DNA of 63,683 nucleotides, taken from assembly GCF_001194135.2 (NCBI RefSeq), contig NC_068983.1, positions 58,504,298 through 58,567,980 on the forward strand. The letters run 5' to 3'. The notes under the pieces are model-generated. The model was given only the letters and a program-made list of their open reading frames with translations, had not been told where the DNA came from and did not search any database. The translations under genes and the position numbers were made by a program. Positions 37,250-51,084 of the stretch are shown piece by piece (the first letter of the stretch is position 1; each line of letters begins with the position of its first letter). The stretch comes from Octopus bimaculoides. Lineage: Eukaryota.

Positions 37250-37767
37250 ATCATCATCATTGTTGTTGTTGTTGTACTTGTTGCTGTTGTTGTTGTTATG
37301 GTTAATGTTCTTGTTATTTGGTAAATATTTTTGTTGTTTTCTTTATGTCAAATACCAAAATGCAAATCACTTTGGTGCATTTCATTTTCTGTTTGTGTGT
37401 GTGTGTGTGCTTGTGTGTGTGTTTATGTGTGAGTGTGTGCTTGAGTGTGTATGTGTGTGTGTCCCTGTTGTGGTGGTTGTTAGGGGTTACACTGCGTTGT
37501 TTGTATGTCTGCTCATTGTTGTCGTTGTTTCTTTTGCATAAAATATCTTATACCGTTTTATAGAGTTTTTAGAAGTTGAAAAATGTCAGTCACTTTGTAT
37601 TATGCCGCCAGAAAATTTAAAGAAATGGAAAAAAATTGATAAAAGAAATCTTAAAAACCAATGTAAAGAAACAATACGCAAACATGAGGAAAAAAAATTT
37701 GGAAAGAAAAAATTTTTTTTTTAAATTATAATTCAAACCTTTAATTGCAAAAAGAGACTGCAAAGAA

Positions 37768-37799
<32 letters not shown>

Positions 37800-37961
37800 T
37801 AATAAAAATACTAACAAAAACAACAACCAGAACAGTAACGATGATGATGATGATGATGATAATAATAATAACAACAATACAAGTTAAAAAAAATTGCGGA
37901 ATATATTCAAGTTAGATAAATAAGTATTAATGAAACTTAAGTACAACAGAACTGCTAAGTG

Positions 37962-38003
<42 letters not shown>

Positions 38004-38070
38004 AGTGTGTGTATGTGAGTGTGTGCTTGTATGTGTGTGTATATGTACACATGCACACACACATACATGC

Positions 38071-38106
<36 letters not shown>

Positions 38107-38328
38107 ATGTGCATGTACATATGTATATACATATATATCATATATTTAGTCTGTCTGTCTGTATATCTACATATATACATACATACATACATACATATAT
38201 ATGTATAAATGTATGTGTGTATNNNNNNNNNNNNNNNNNNNNNNNNNNNNNNNNNNNNNNNNNNNNNNNNNNNNNNNNNNNNNNNNNNNNNNNNNNNNNN
38301 NNNNNNNNNNNNNNNNNNNNNNNNNNNN

Positions 38329-38391
<63 letters not shown>

Positions 38392-38911
38392 GTATGTATG
38401 TATGTATATAGTTGAGACTGTAAAAGAGTGTTATCTATGTATATTTGGAGACAAACTAAAAATTAAAAGGTATCCAATTTGCAAGTTAAAAAATAATCGT
38501 TAATCTTTTCTTTTTCCTAATTTAAACACACCATTCATTGTTCTCAACTGTGCATAAGAGTCTGTGTGTAGAAAAAATGTGTGCATATCTATATACATAC
38601 TTATACACACACACACACACGTGTGTGTATGCATAAATATACATATACACGTATGTACACATACACACACACACACATATATGTGTATATATATATATAA
38701 TGTACTAATCTGTGATAGAAAATTCAACAAAAACAGTACTTCACCTGGTGAAAGGTAAATATTTAAAGGTCACAATACATGTATTAAAGTGCTACTAATA
38801 GTTTTATATGTTGAGAAAACTCAAACATATTCTACATACATATATAATTAAAGTTAGATGATTTGCCAATGCATTACCTAAACTACTTAATGCTTCATAA
38901 TATATATAGTT

Positions 38912-39221
38912 CATGGGTTCTCAACCATTTTTTAACTAACTTTGATAGCTTTTTTATTGTATGGACCCCCATAGACATTCAATATCTAAAAACTTCTTTT
39001 GTACTTATTTTGTTTGTCACACATTAACTTGTGTAGTTTGAACTCTGTAAAATGATAAAGAAACCTAGCTGTTTCATGCAATACATGCATCTTAAACAAT
39101 ATTTTTTCAGTGGCCCTTAAAATATTATTGTGGATCCCCAATTTACTATTTGTTGTGTGGCCTTCCAAAAAATCTTAAATGGACCCTCAGGGGCCATATG
39201 GATCCTGGTTGAGGACCACTG
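38912..39221. mobile_element. Related hAT-type MITE
   Basis: TIRs are GGTTCTCAACC (38916-26) and GGTTGAGGACCACTG (39207-21), with subterminal tggacccc motifs as in the 16.8-kb copy. Confidence 0.65.
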
Positions 39222-40436
39222 ATACACATCTAAAGTCTATCTGTGGTTTTCAGATGTGATTCATGAATAGAAGCATAGCTCTGTGTCATTCATTGGTCAA
39301 TCGATTCTTTATATGTTTATCAGATTGGTTCTTATTGGTCAAATTTTGTGATCAAAAATGCCACTGAGCATGATTCTCTATCACAAAATTCAACAGGTTA
39401 CTTGATCAACTAGTTACTTCATCAACAATGGAAAATTATATGGTTCTGGGTTCAGTCACACTGCATAGTACATTAGCCAAGTACCTTCTGTAATAGCCAT
39501 GGACTGACCAAATCCTTGTGAGTGAATTTGGCACTTCCAAACCTCTTTCTTAGAAGCTTGGAAGTGCCAATATGAAAGGCTGCTAAATGTAGAGAACTCA
39601 TGGGAATGGTGCATATATTGATGCAGACATCTTACTATAATTGGTGTTATGTCCATCTGTCTGTCCGTCTGTCCCTCTGTTCCCTCATCATGGTCAAATG
39701 GCTGGACCCTGCTGTACTCTTTCACCACAACTTTCTTGCACTCTTTCTTCCTGTTTCTGTTGTACCTGTATTTCAAAGAGCTAGCCTTGTCACACTCTGT
39801 GTCATGCTGAATCTCCCTGAGAATTACGTTAAGGGTACACGTGTCTGTGGAGTGCTCAGCCACTTGCATGTTAATTTTACAAGCATGCTGTTCCATTGAT
39901 TGGATCAACTGGAACCCTTGTCGTCGTACCCAATGGAGTGCTGTAGTATCAGTATTAGTAGTAGTAGTAGTAGTAGTATATATATNNNNNNNNNNNNNNN
40001 NNNNNNNNNNNNNNNNNNNNNNNNNNNNNNNNNNNNNNNNNNNNNNNNNNNNNNNNNNNNNNNNNNNNNNNNNNNNNNNNNNNNNNNNNNNNNNNNNNNN
40101 NNNNNNNNNNNNNNNNNNNNNNNNNNNNNNNNNNNNNNNNNNNNNNNNNNNNNNNNNNNNNNNNNNNNNNNNNNNNNNNNNNNNNNNNNNNNNNNNNNNN
40201 NNNNNNNNNNNNNNNNNNNNNNNNNNNNNNNNNNNNNNNNNNNNNNNNNNNNNNNNNNNNNNNNNNNNNNNNNNNNNNNNNNNNNNNNNNNNNNNNNNNN
40301 NNNNNNNNNNNNNNNNNNNNNNNNNNNNNNNNNNNNNNNNNNNNNNNNNNNNTGGTCAACTTTTTTCTTTTATTCTCTCAGGTTCCATAAATAAAATATC
40401 AGTCAAACACTAGTATTACATATGTACAAAGACCAA

Positions 40437-40660
40437 ATTTCTCCTCTTCTTTTTCCTTCTCTTCTTTTTCCTTCTCTTCTTTTTCCTTCTCTTCTTTTTC
40501 CTTCTCTTCTTCCTTCTCCTCATCTTCCTCTTTCTTCTCCACCTTCTCATTCCCTATCCTCTCTTCTTCTGCTTCCTTCTTCTCCCCAACCTCCTCTTCC
40601 GCATTCTCCTTCTCCCCATCTTCCTCTCTTTCCTCCTTCTCTATCCTCCTCCCTTCCCTC
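40437..40660. repeat. Polypyrimidine tract with a 15-bp unit (TTCTCTTCTTTTTCC) decaying distally
   Basis: Several near-perfect 15-mers at 40445-40510, then degenerate CT-rich sequence. Confidence 0.85.
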
Positions 40661-41059
40661 CTAGCATTTGTAGTCTTGTTCTTATGTTTACAAACCATAC
40701 CAATGGAGCTAAATTTATCACCATCAATACCCACCAACTCAGTTGTTACTAGTTACTGCCTGTATATACTTTTATCTTTGGAAATTTCCAATTTTTTTTT
40801 TGCAGCCAAAATTTAGCTGTCTTTATTGTTAATCCGTTTATATCTAAGCGATAAGAGATACAGGTTTAAACCTGACCAGCAACACACTTCCTATGATTCA
40901 TAAAACAGGTGTGGTGGTTATACAGGGAAGGCCAAAAATAGGTATACAGTTGCTTGGCTCAAGCATTCACTCAGAGACACCAGAAATCAAAAAAGAGGGC
41001 TTCCAAAGAACTAAGCATTTCATGCAGATCCCTTAACTGGCTCATGAATTGCTTAGGTT

Positions 41060-41216
41060 TAAGAAAGAAATAGAGAAAATAGCACTACTAGGCACAGCAC
41101 ACATCCTATGTAAAATTCTTTCAATACAGTGAAAATAACAACACCAAAACAAAACCAAGGCAATCTGAGCTCTGCTCAGCAGTGCAGTGAAAGCACATGA
41201 TAAAAATAAGACTACC

Positions 41217-41270
<54 letters not shown>
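41060..41270 (+). mobile_element. R4/Dong-clade LINE 3' end with (AAT)n tail
   Basis: IEKIALLGTAHILCKILSIQ* matches the R4/Dong C-terminus (QK.ALLGTA.ILRK.L). A ~95-nt 3' UTR and (AAT)n follow. Confidence 0.8.
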
Positions 41271-41381
41271 TAACAACAACAACAACAAAAACAACAGCAA
41301 ATGTTTTCTGGAGAGGAATTGATATGAAACTTATTGTAGAGAAATGTGCCAAGGCAACCTTGAAGAGAGAANNNNNNNNNN

Positions 41382-41488
<107 letters not shown>

Positions 41489-41564
41489 CAACAACAATAA
41501 TAATAATAACAATAACAATAACAATAACAATAACAATAACAATAACAACAACAAAAACAACAGC

Positions 41565-41725
41565 AAATGTTTTCTGGAGAGGAATTGAAATGAAACTTAT
41601 TGTAGAGAAATGTGCCAAGGCAACCTTGAAGAGAGAAAGATTTGATAACGAAACCAAGATAAGAAAAAGAATTAAACCAGATTCAGATTTATAAATACTT
41701 AGGAATTAATGAGAACTAGACAGAG
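41565..41725 (+). mobile_element. R4/Dong-clade LINE RT relic
   Basis: GIEMKLIVEKCAKATLKRERF... then, in another frame, QIYKYLGINE. This corresponds to the I.M.FG..KCA...L..GK and YKYLGI motifs of R4-type RT. Confidence 0.75.
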
Positions 41726-42489
41726 TAATAAGTTATGGTTATGGTATACTCAACTCATGCTGAGTGAATTAACAAGGCTAAACAAGAAAACATGAAAAAT
41801 AAAAGATTTTATTTAGAATACAGAATCGAAAATCTGATAGAGAAATATATTTACTACAATGTAGGAGCCTTGGGCAATGAGAAGAATTATGATGAAATAT
41901 CTTTCAAAGGATTACAGAAACATATCCAGTTAAGAATAACGAAAAACCAGTATAAATAGTTAAATACTGATGTATTCTGATTAGAGCCTTGATCTTAGTT
42001 ATGAGGATATTAGACTGAATATACCACCACCACCACCACCACCACTACTATCATCATCATCATCATTTAACATCCACCTTTCCATGCTGGCATAGGTTGG
42101 ACTGTTTGACAGGATCCACTGGGGTCAAGAACTGCATTGTTGTTCCAGTGTATGCTATGGCCTGGTTCCTACAGCTTCTGCCCTTCCTAACACAAACCAC
42201 TTCACAGCATGTTCTGGACCCCTGTTTTTTTTTCTTTTTGCCTGCCATCAGCACTATTTTGCTCACCACAAAGCTCATAGGACTTCAAACCCAGTGTAGA
42301 GTGGGTAGGGCTTCAGCTTCGTTGCTTGGGACACAAAGTTATACTAAAAGAGAACGGGGTTGGTGGTCAGAGCAGATTCCTGAAGAAGATCTGCATGGCA
42401 ACCCACATTTATTAAGAAAAGTGGGGAAAGAGAAAAGAGAAACGATCAGTATGAACAGCAAAGAGATAGATAGTGGCGATGAGGGTCCT

Positions 42490-42650
42490 ATCAGTTTGGA
42501 CTGACGCTTCCAATTAAGAAGAACCTCCTCTCCTGGTGGTCCTCAGCAACAATATCTGACAAATTACCCTTGATCTCTGTGTCTCTGTGGATCATCATAT
42601 CATATTCCATAGTTTAGCTTCTTGGTCATTCACCGAGACCATTCTTAGTT
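42490..42650 (-). mobile_element. R4/Dong-clade restriction-like endonuclease relic
   Basis: Frameshifted LWNMI / IHRDTEIKGNLSDIVAEDHQERRFFLIG resembles LWD..I.TD..I.ANRPDIV..D.....C.LID. Confidence 0.6.
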
Positions 42651-42939
42651 ATATGTTTATATATTATTTCTTCTCTATCAATATTTCATAATGCTGGCAG
42701 GATTTCCAGTGTATGAAATCTTCCACTTTATTGTGTTTGGATAAACTCTTTTTTGGCTAAGACTAGGCACAGATAAACAACATGATTAATTGTTTTTCCC
42801 ACCACCATCACCACTACCACCACACGTTCTGCAGTTACTTAATATATTCTGCTTCGTTATCTGCTTTTAGTTGTAGATGCTGTCACATCGCTATCACAAT
42901 ATCTTGGGTTCAATCCTACTGTCAGGTGGTTTATTCTTT

Positions 42940-43090
42940 TCTTTTATTCTTTTACTTGTTTCTGTCATTTGACTATGGCCATGCTGGAGCACCACCTTAA
43001 AAGGTTTGTAGTCGAAGAAGTCGACCCCAGGATTTATTCTTTGTAAGCCTAGTACTTATTCTATCAGTCTCTTTTGCTGAACCACTAAGG
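42940..43090 (-). mobile_element. SINE family A tail half (further copies at ~46520-46630 -, 46670-46745 +, 49050-49245 -, 44945-45070 -, 25685-25800 +, 62150-62250 +)
   Basis: ttttacttgtt..ggccatgctggagcacc..gaccccagga.ttattctttgtaagcctagtacttattctatc, identical in structure to the family A tail. Confidence 0.75.
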
Positions 43091-43919
43091 TACAGATAAG
43101 AATTTGAACTCTGAACATAAAGATGAACAAATTGCTTCTAAGCAAATTTTTCTGGCATGCTAACAATTCTGCCTGTTTGCCACCCTAACTAGTAGATAAT
43201 AATGATTTCAAATTTTGGCCTCAAGGCCAGCAATTTCGGGGAAGGGGGTAACTCGATCATACAACCCCAGCGCTCTACTGGTTCTTATTCTATCAACCCT
43301 GAAAGATTAAACGGCAAAGTTGACCTCAACAGAATTTGAACTCAGAACATAAAGAGAAATGAAATGCTGTTAAGCACATTGCCCAGCATTCTAATAGTTC
43401 TACTAGCTCATTGCCTTCAACTAGCAGATAATATGGACATACCATTCTCCTGAATGTGTTTGGGACTTACCAGTGGGGATAACAATAGCCTTTCAATAAC
43501 ATTATAGCATTATCAGTGGACATAATAAAAAAGCTTTCATTGCATTTTTAAGACATGTATTAACATTTGAATTAAACTAAAATTGAAATTAAATTTAGAA
43601 ACTAAAGTAAATAAACTAGATACGATAAAATGTATTTTACTCTTAATTCCGCAGTTTGAAAACTGAGATGACTTTACTAGAAACAGGTCACATTATTTTG
43701 GAATGTTTGGATGTAAACCATATGCGAATACAAGTTAGCATTTAGTTTTATAGAACTGGGCTCTGCTACAGCTTCTTGCCTTCTCTCACTCTCCCTTTCT
43801 GTCTGTCTGTCACCCCCCCTCTCTCTCTTCTTCTCAATTGGTCTCTCTCTCTCTCTCTCTCTCTCTCACCCTTTCTCAGTCTCTCTCACTTTGCTTCTCT
43901 GTGTGTGTATATATGTGTA

Positions 43920-43976
<57 letters not shown>

Positions 43977-45571
43977 TTTTCTTAAAGCTGCAAAATCTTC
44001 ACAGTTTTATTATTATTATTATTATAAGTATTATTAAGGTGGTGAGCTGGTAGAACCGTTAGTTTACTGGACAAAATGCTTAGCAATATTGTGGTGGTAG
44101 TTGTAGTAGTAGTAGGGTGTCTATGTGTATGATTGCATAGAGGTAGATATGAACAGATTAAATATGCATGTGACCTATACTACCTTTTATATGCTTAGAC
44201 ATATGGATATATACATACGAAGGTAGGTGTAGGAAGATAAAAAGTTATATATATATGCATATGGGAATGTGTGAGTGTGTGTTCATGTATGTGCACGTGT
44301 GCTTTTCTCTAACCATGTTCCTGACCTCCCCGACCACTGATGTTATCTAAACCATTTATCATTGTTAACTTAATATTTTCTTTGATCTTTGACAGCTTAG
44401 GTAGTTGACCTTCTTTTCTCCCTTAGACTTTCTGACTACAATATTCCTCTTCTTTGTTCATTTCTTTATTTCACTAACAAAATAAAAAGAATAGCCTTCA
44501 TTTTCTTAACTGCAATAAAAAAATTAAAAAAATGTTGTCTTAGGTTTATATGCAGTTCTATGTAACATTGCCAACCAATAGATGTGAATAAATAATAATG
44601 AATTGAATTACTATTTTCTTCTGAAGATCTGATGTTTCATGTTATAATGTAACTATCTTTGTAATGATTACCTCATAACATACTAACTAGTATTTACCAG
44701 TCAAACACATGTAAAGATTATGTAATTGATGAAGTTATAAGAAAACTTCAATTCTTCTGTTTCCTTCTACTTTCAGATGGGTGTCTGTCACTAGTTTTCC
44801 TTGAATCACCGATAGTGTGTGCACGCGCGCGCGTGTGCATGTGTGTGTGTGCGTGCTTGCCTGTATGCATGCTGGTATGTATGCATATCTACTTTATATT
44901 ATATGGATATAAACATCCAAGAGAAACATCCAAAAGACTTCCACATAAAGCTTCCGTCTACTAAATTTATTTCATTCATAAAGCTTTGGTTGTCCTGAGG
45001 CTATTAGCAGGAGATTGCTGCCCAAAGTTCTGTATTGAACCATGGAACTGTTAAAGTACACACAACCATTTTTTCTCTTTCACTATTCTGAGTTTAAATG
45101 CAACAAGGGTAGATATTAAATTTTATCTCTTTAGTTGAATCTAATATAGAATCTAATATAGAATTACTATTTGATAGTTACAGTTAGAGTTGTTTAGTCT
45201 CAGGTCATCCCTAATCAAGGAGTTCTATCGCCACAAGCATACTACCCATAGAGAGATAGAAAGAGTAAGAGAAAAAAAAGGGAGACAGACAGAAAGTTAA
45301 TGGGAGATAGGATACCACAGCAGAAATGTTTTACAGTAAAAAAAGGCAGTAAGCAGGCAGAATCATAAGCAAGCTGGACAAAAATACTTGGCAGGATTCC
45401 TTCTGGCTTTCTATGTTCCGTGTTTAAATCCGACTGAAGTCAACTTTGCATTCCATTCCTTTGATTTTAATAAAATAAGTACTAGTTGATCACCGAAACC
45501 AACATAATCGACTGAAGCAACCCCTCAAAATAGCTGGCTTTGTTCCAAAATCTGAAACCACTAATATATAA

Positions 45572-45613
<42 letters not shown>

Positions 45614-45692
45614 NNNNNNNNNNNNNNNNNNNNNNNNNNNNNNNNNNNNNNNNNNNNNNNNNNNNNNNNNNNNNNNNNNNNNNNNNNNNNNN

Positions 45693-45770
45693 TGTATTAG
45701 TTTGATGCTCAGGAAAGTGAAAAAGTCTTTTACTTTTCAAGCCTACGCTCTTCAACAGAAAGGAATATTG
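45693..45770 (-). mobile_element. Solo dispersed repeat with decayed hammerhead-like core (CUGUUGA variant)
   Basis: The reverse complement reads ttcctttCTGTTGAAGAGCGTAGGCTTGAAAAGTAAAAGAC...CTGAGCATCAAACTAATACA, clearly homologous to the 2470-2620 copy. Confidence 0.55.
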
Positions 45771-45916
45771 CCTATATTGAATTTTGAATAAACTCCATGA
45801 TATACACTTTCTTCACATATTCACCTTTTCTAAAAATTATAGTTAATAAATTAATTATAAGTATTTTAAAATAGGGAATTACTTTCAGTCACTCTGTATC
45901 TAATAACAATAATAAT

Positions 45917-45973
<57 letters not shown>

Positions 45974-47094
45974 AACATATATATATTTACATATACACAC
46001 ACACTCATATTTTGAGTTATTTTTCTTGTTTGCATCACCAAACCTCTGCACACACATATATATCTATGTGTGTGTGTGTGTGTATGCATATGTATGTATG
46101 TATGTGTGAACACACACATTATTTATTTAGCAGCTACTTGTGGTAATACTTACTCTACCATGCATCCTTCAGTTCTTCTTATTGCTTATAACTTAGTGAA
46201 AAATGATGACTGTAAGAGGTGTTGTGTTTTGTTATATATTGTATAGACTATTGGGAAAAAATAACGAAAATGTGTAGCAAGCAAAATAACATTATTTCAT
46301 TAGCAAGTTGAAGATAAAACTGAAAACAAATCAATGACTACTTGATTAAAGATGTTCAGAGTTTTATTCTAAGAGAGGAAAAGCTCTCTCTCGCTCTTTC
46401 TTTCACTCTTTCTCATTGTGTGTGTGTGTGTGTGTGTGCGTGTGTGTATATATATATATGTGTGTGCATGTATGTATACGTATATGTATGTATGTATGTA
46501 TATATATATATATTCTTTTATTCTTTCACTCTTTTATTTGTTTCAGTCATTTGACTGCGGCCATGCTGGAGCACCACCTTCAGTCAAACAAATTGACTCC
46601 AGGACTTATTCTTTGTAAGCCTAGTACTTGTTAAGCCTAATACCAGGCTTAACACAATAAATTCTAGTATTGACTCGTTTGACTAAAATTCTTCAAGGCA
46701 GTGCCCCAGCATGGCTGCAGTCTAATGACTGAAACAAGTCGAAGATAAAAAAATAATGATATTTTAGCTTTAGCTTTGGGCCTTCCTCCACTTCTCAGCA
46801 TACTGGGGCAGCAACATATAGAAACTGGAACTCAGAATCAGGCCCTTTGAGGCCCTATTTTCCTCTCACTTGTCATTAAAGCCCATCACAGGTGATATTT
46901 CTCTACTGCTTTCCTCTTTATGTCAATCATTCTCACGAATTTCTCCTACTATTTATTTAACAATTCCTGATTTGTACAGAGCTGGGTAGCTGACCCAGGG
47001 CCCAACACCCCTGCATCTTTCTTTGGGCTTTGGGCCAACATCAACACAGTTATGCAATGATGGCACAATATTGTATGTTGTCAAAGCTCAAGCT

Positions 47095-47300
47095 GGGAGA
47101 ATCATTAGCATGCCAGGCAAAATGCTTAGTGGTATTTTGTCCATCATTATGTTCTGAGTTCAAATTCTGCTGCAGTCAACTTTAGCTTTCATCTTTTTGG
47201 AGTCCATATAAAAGTACCAGTTGAGCATCAGGGTTGATGTAATTGACTTACCCTCTTTCCCGATAGTGCTGGCTTTGTGCCAAAATTTGAAGGCAATATT
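47095..47300 (+). mobile_element. SINE family B (other plus copies at ~45410-45560, 48510-48680; head only at ~44035-44095)
   Basis: ttagcatgccaggcaaaatgcttagtggtattt..ttctgagttcaaattctgc..gtcaactttagctttcatc..agtaccagttgagca. Confidence 0.75.
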
Positions 47301-47534
47301 ATATGTGGTCACCTTGATGCATGCATAGTTCAATGCCTGATGCATCGGCCCATTTTTCCCTCTCTCCAAATAGAGTTCTAATAGATAATCAATCAATATT
47401 TATTTATCTCATGCAAGTAAGATAAATATTGTAAATTAGATGTAGATTTATGATTAAGCTCTGGTTGTTCAATAAGTATGGTTGCGTTAGTTTTTATTTC
47501 TTTTTCTTTTGATTGATTTTTGTTGTTTTTATTT

Positions 47535-47571
<37 letters not shown>

Positions 47572-47579
47572 CCATCATC

Positions 47580-48095
47580 ATCATTTAACGTCTGCTTTCC
47601 ATGCTGACATGGGTTGGATGGTTTGACAGGAACTGGCAACCTGAGGAGCTTCCCGGATTCCAGTTGTCTAGTTTGGCATGGTTTCTATGGTTGGATGCCC
47701 TTCCGAATGCCAACCATTTTCACAGAGTGCACTGGGTACTTTTTATGTGGCACTGGCATGGGTCTTTTTACATGGTACTGGCATGGGCACTTCTATGGGA
47801 CATCAACAGAGGCACTTTTATGTGGCACTTGCTCGGGCACTTTTATGTGGCACCAGCACGGGTGTTTTTGCATGGTACCAGCATGAGTGCATTTTACGTA
47901 ACACCAGCTTCTGTGAGACCTCAAAGGAAGGACCTCTCTTAGGGAGAGGGCCTTTGTTACCAACAAAGGTAGTAGCTTCCACTCACATGGCATTAGTTGG
48001 TCCAGTGCTATAACAGAAAACACTTGCCCAACCAGCCACACAGTGGGACTGAACTTGAAATCACGTGTTGCAAAGCAAGCCACTTAACCATGCTG
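47580..48095 (-). mobile_element. RTE-tailed SINE/LINE derivative with an internal ~25-bp minisatellite
   Basis: It begins with (CAT)n-ttaacgtctgctttccatgctgacatgggttgg, the reverse complement of an RTE-type 3' end with a (GAT)n tail. About 7 diverged units of ggcacttttatgtggcaccagcacg lie at 47735-47910. Related pieces are at 16530-16750, 42060-42250, 50790-50930, 51410-51640, 57466-57650 and 58545-58785. Confidence 0.7.
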
Positions 48096-49938
48096 TGTCC
48101 TTTTTTGAGTTTGAAAAGCATTATTTCTGATGTTTATATTTTATACCAATAAAGATATTCACATCGATACACCATACACACGACAAGTCTTCACTCTGTG
48201 GCCAAGTCTTATTCATAAACTATTGGCCAACAGGAGACTTCAGTAGAACTAGAAACTTGCTGATGGTGGCACACAACAGGATCATACTTGGAACCAAGGA
48301 GTTATGAAACAAAACTTCTAAACCAAACAGGCACTTCTATAATTTGTTCAATATCAATAAATTTATTATGACTTCGCCAGACCATTACCAGGTGTCATAT
48401 TTTATAAATACAATAAAATGCAAAATATTGATATTCTTCACAAATCCAAACTCCTTTGTTAAATAGGAGTTAACAAAGCAGAATGACAGGAAATCGGTAG
48501 AGCCATTAGAGCATTCAATAAAATGCCTTGTGGTTTATGTTCCAACTCTTTATTTTCTGAGTTCAATTACTACCAGGGATAACTTTGCTTTCATCGTTTC
48601 AGGGTGATAAAATAAAGTATCGGTCAAGTACTAGGATTTAATGATTTTTGCTATCCCTACAACCATTGACTTTCTTGAAAGCTATGTCACTTTTTTTCAC
48701 CCAATGATTTTGCTTTGCTTAACTGCCCCACATGAAAGAAGGTTTGTTAAAATATACATATTAGTGACAGAGGCAGTAGCAATACTGAGGGGTAATATCT
48801 ATCCCCACTCAAACGTAGATGCTTATTATAACAAACTTTACTGTAGTAGATATCATGTGAGAAACTCTCATATGGGAGTTTGGTGCAAAGTGCGCATATG
48901 TTTATATTGCTTGTAAGGAGATAAATCCCCACTATCTCTAGTGCTGAGACCACCAGATCACACGATTTCAACCTTCCTTGTTCTCATCAATGATGACACA
49001 CACACACACACATACACACACACACATATATATATATTCTTATATTCTTTTATTCTATTATTTTTTTTTTACTTGTTTCAGTCCTCTGACTGTGGCCATG
49101 CTGGGGTGCTGCCTTTAGTCGAATAAGTTGACTCCAGGACTTATTCTTTCTAAGCCTAGTACTTATTTTATCAATCTGTTTTGCCAAGCCACTAAGTTAC
49201 AGGGACATAAACACACTAACATCTGTTGTCAAGCGATGGTCGGGGTACTCTCACTCTTTCTCTCTCCCTCTCTCTTTCTTTCTCTCTCCCTCTCTCTTTC
49301 TTTCTCTCTCCCTCTCTCTTTCTTCCTCTCTCCCTCTCTCACCTTCATTTTCTCTCTATCTCACTCCCTTGCTCTCCCTCTCTCTCACTTCACCTCACTC
49401 TCTCACTATTCTTCCTTCACTCTCTTTCCATCACTTTCTCTTCTCTCTCTCTCTCTCACTCTCCCTCCTTTTCTCATTCTCTCCCTCCCACTCCCTCCCT
49501 TGCTCATTTTCTTTCTCTCTCTCCCTTTTCCCCCCTCCTTCTCTCTCCCTCTCTCTTCCTCCCTCCTTCGCTTTCTACCAGTCTCAGTCAACAATCTATT
49601 ATCCACTGGTAGCTGCATCTGATTAGGAAAAACCTCAACCTCAAGCAATTGGCTCCATTTATCACAATCATGCGAAAAATAAAATGTATTTAATATCGAT
49701 CGATCGGTTGATTGATTGATCCATCGATCTTTGCAGTCTGATGCTGTATCTATCTCTTCTCTTTCACCAGGAGTTCTCTCTTGAAACTGGCCCAATTCAA
49801 TTGAGGAGAACTCTAATCTCCCCATAACTTAACATAAAGTAACAATAATAATAATAATAATATTAGTAATAATAATGATAATAATAATAATAATAATGAT
49901 AATGATGATGATGACAATGATGATGATAATAAAGATAA

Positions 49939-49973
<35 letters not shown>

Positions 49974-51084
49974 ATAATAATAATAATAATAATAATAATG
50001 GTAATGATGATTTCTTTTATTCTTTATTTTTCTTATTTTTCTTTTTTTCTTATTTTTTATTTTTTTATTTTACAATAATAATAACAATAATAATAATGAT
50101 GATGATGATGATGATGACGACGACAATGATGATGATGATGATGATGATGATGACAAAGATGATAATAATAGTGATGATGATGATGACAACGATGATGATA
50201 ATGATGATGATGATGATGATGATGGTAAATTACAAATAAAACAAAAAATATAAGTGTAAAATAGGAAAAAAAAAAGAATAAATAAAAGACTATTGATTTT
50301 TGTGGGCTTTTTTTTTTTGCAACAATTTTGCTGAACAATAAAACCTGTCCGAAAAAATGTGAGTTGAGACGATACAAGATTGATCCATCTTTGTCTTGAT
50401 ACAATCCTGAGTTATCACATCTTTGGTGGTGGCCTAATCTTTTCATATAAAGTTTGAACAAACAAATACTCTGGACCAGATCCAAATAAAAAAAAAAACA
50501 ACAAAAAAGATAAAAACAAAAGCTGTCTAACAGAGGATGTTAAGATTTCATTCGCTGATATGATAGATACTACAACCAGCAGGCAATAGCAACAACAACA
50601 ACAACAACAACAACAATAATAATAATAATAATAATAATAATCCTTTCTTCAGTAGGCACAAGGCCTAAAATTTAGGGGAGGGGGATAGTCCATTACATCG
50701 ACCCCAGTACTTAACAGGTACTAATTTTATTGACCTCGAAAGGATTAAAAGTAAAGTAACACCAACCACTCTGAGAGTGTAGTGGGTGATTTTTACGTGC
50801 CACCATCACAGGTGCCAGTCAGGTGGCACTGGCATCCACCATGCTTGAATGGTGCTTTTTACATGCCACTGGCACGGGTGCCAATCAGGCAGCACTGGCA
50901 TCGGCCATGACTAGCATTTCACTTGGTTCAACAGATCTTCATAAACATGAAATATCAGCCAATGATTGAAGGGTGCTTTTAAACAGTCCAGTTATGTGAC
51001 ACTGGCAACAGCCATGACTACGATCTCACTTGGCTGGCTGGGTCTTCTTAAGCAGGGCATGTCTCCAAAGGACTTGGTCGCTTA

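Noticed and set aside
39456-39908. 150-aa minus-strand ORF
   Set aside because: It is a composite of two SINE fragments and low-complexity sequence with no protein-family signature.
46629-46654. 10-bp hairpin TGTTAAGCCT/AGGCTTAACA (similar short hairpins at ~13046-13068 and ~25083-25110)
   Set aside because: Short stems at or within repeat junctions are expected by chance or by local template switching, with no supporting context.
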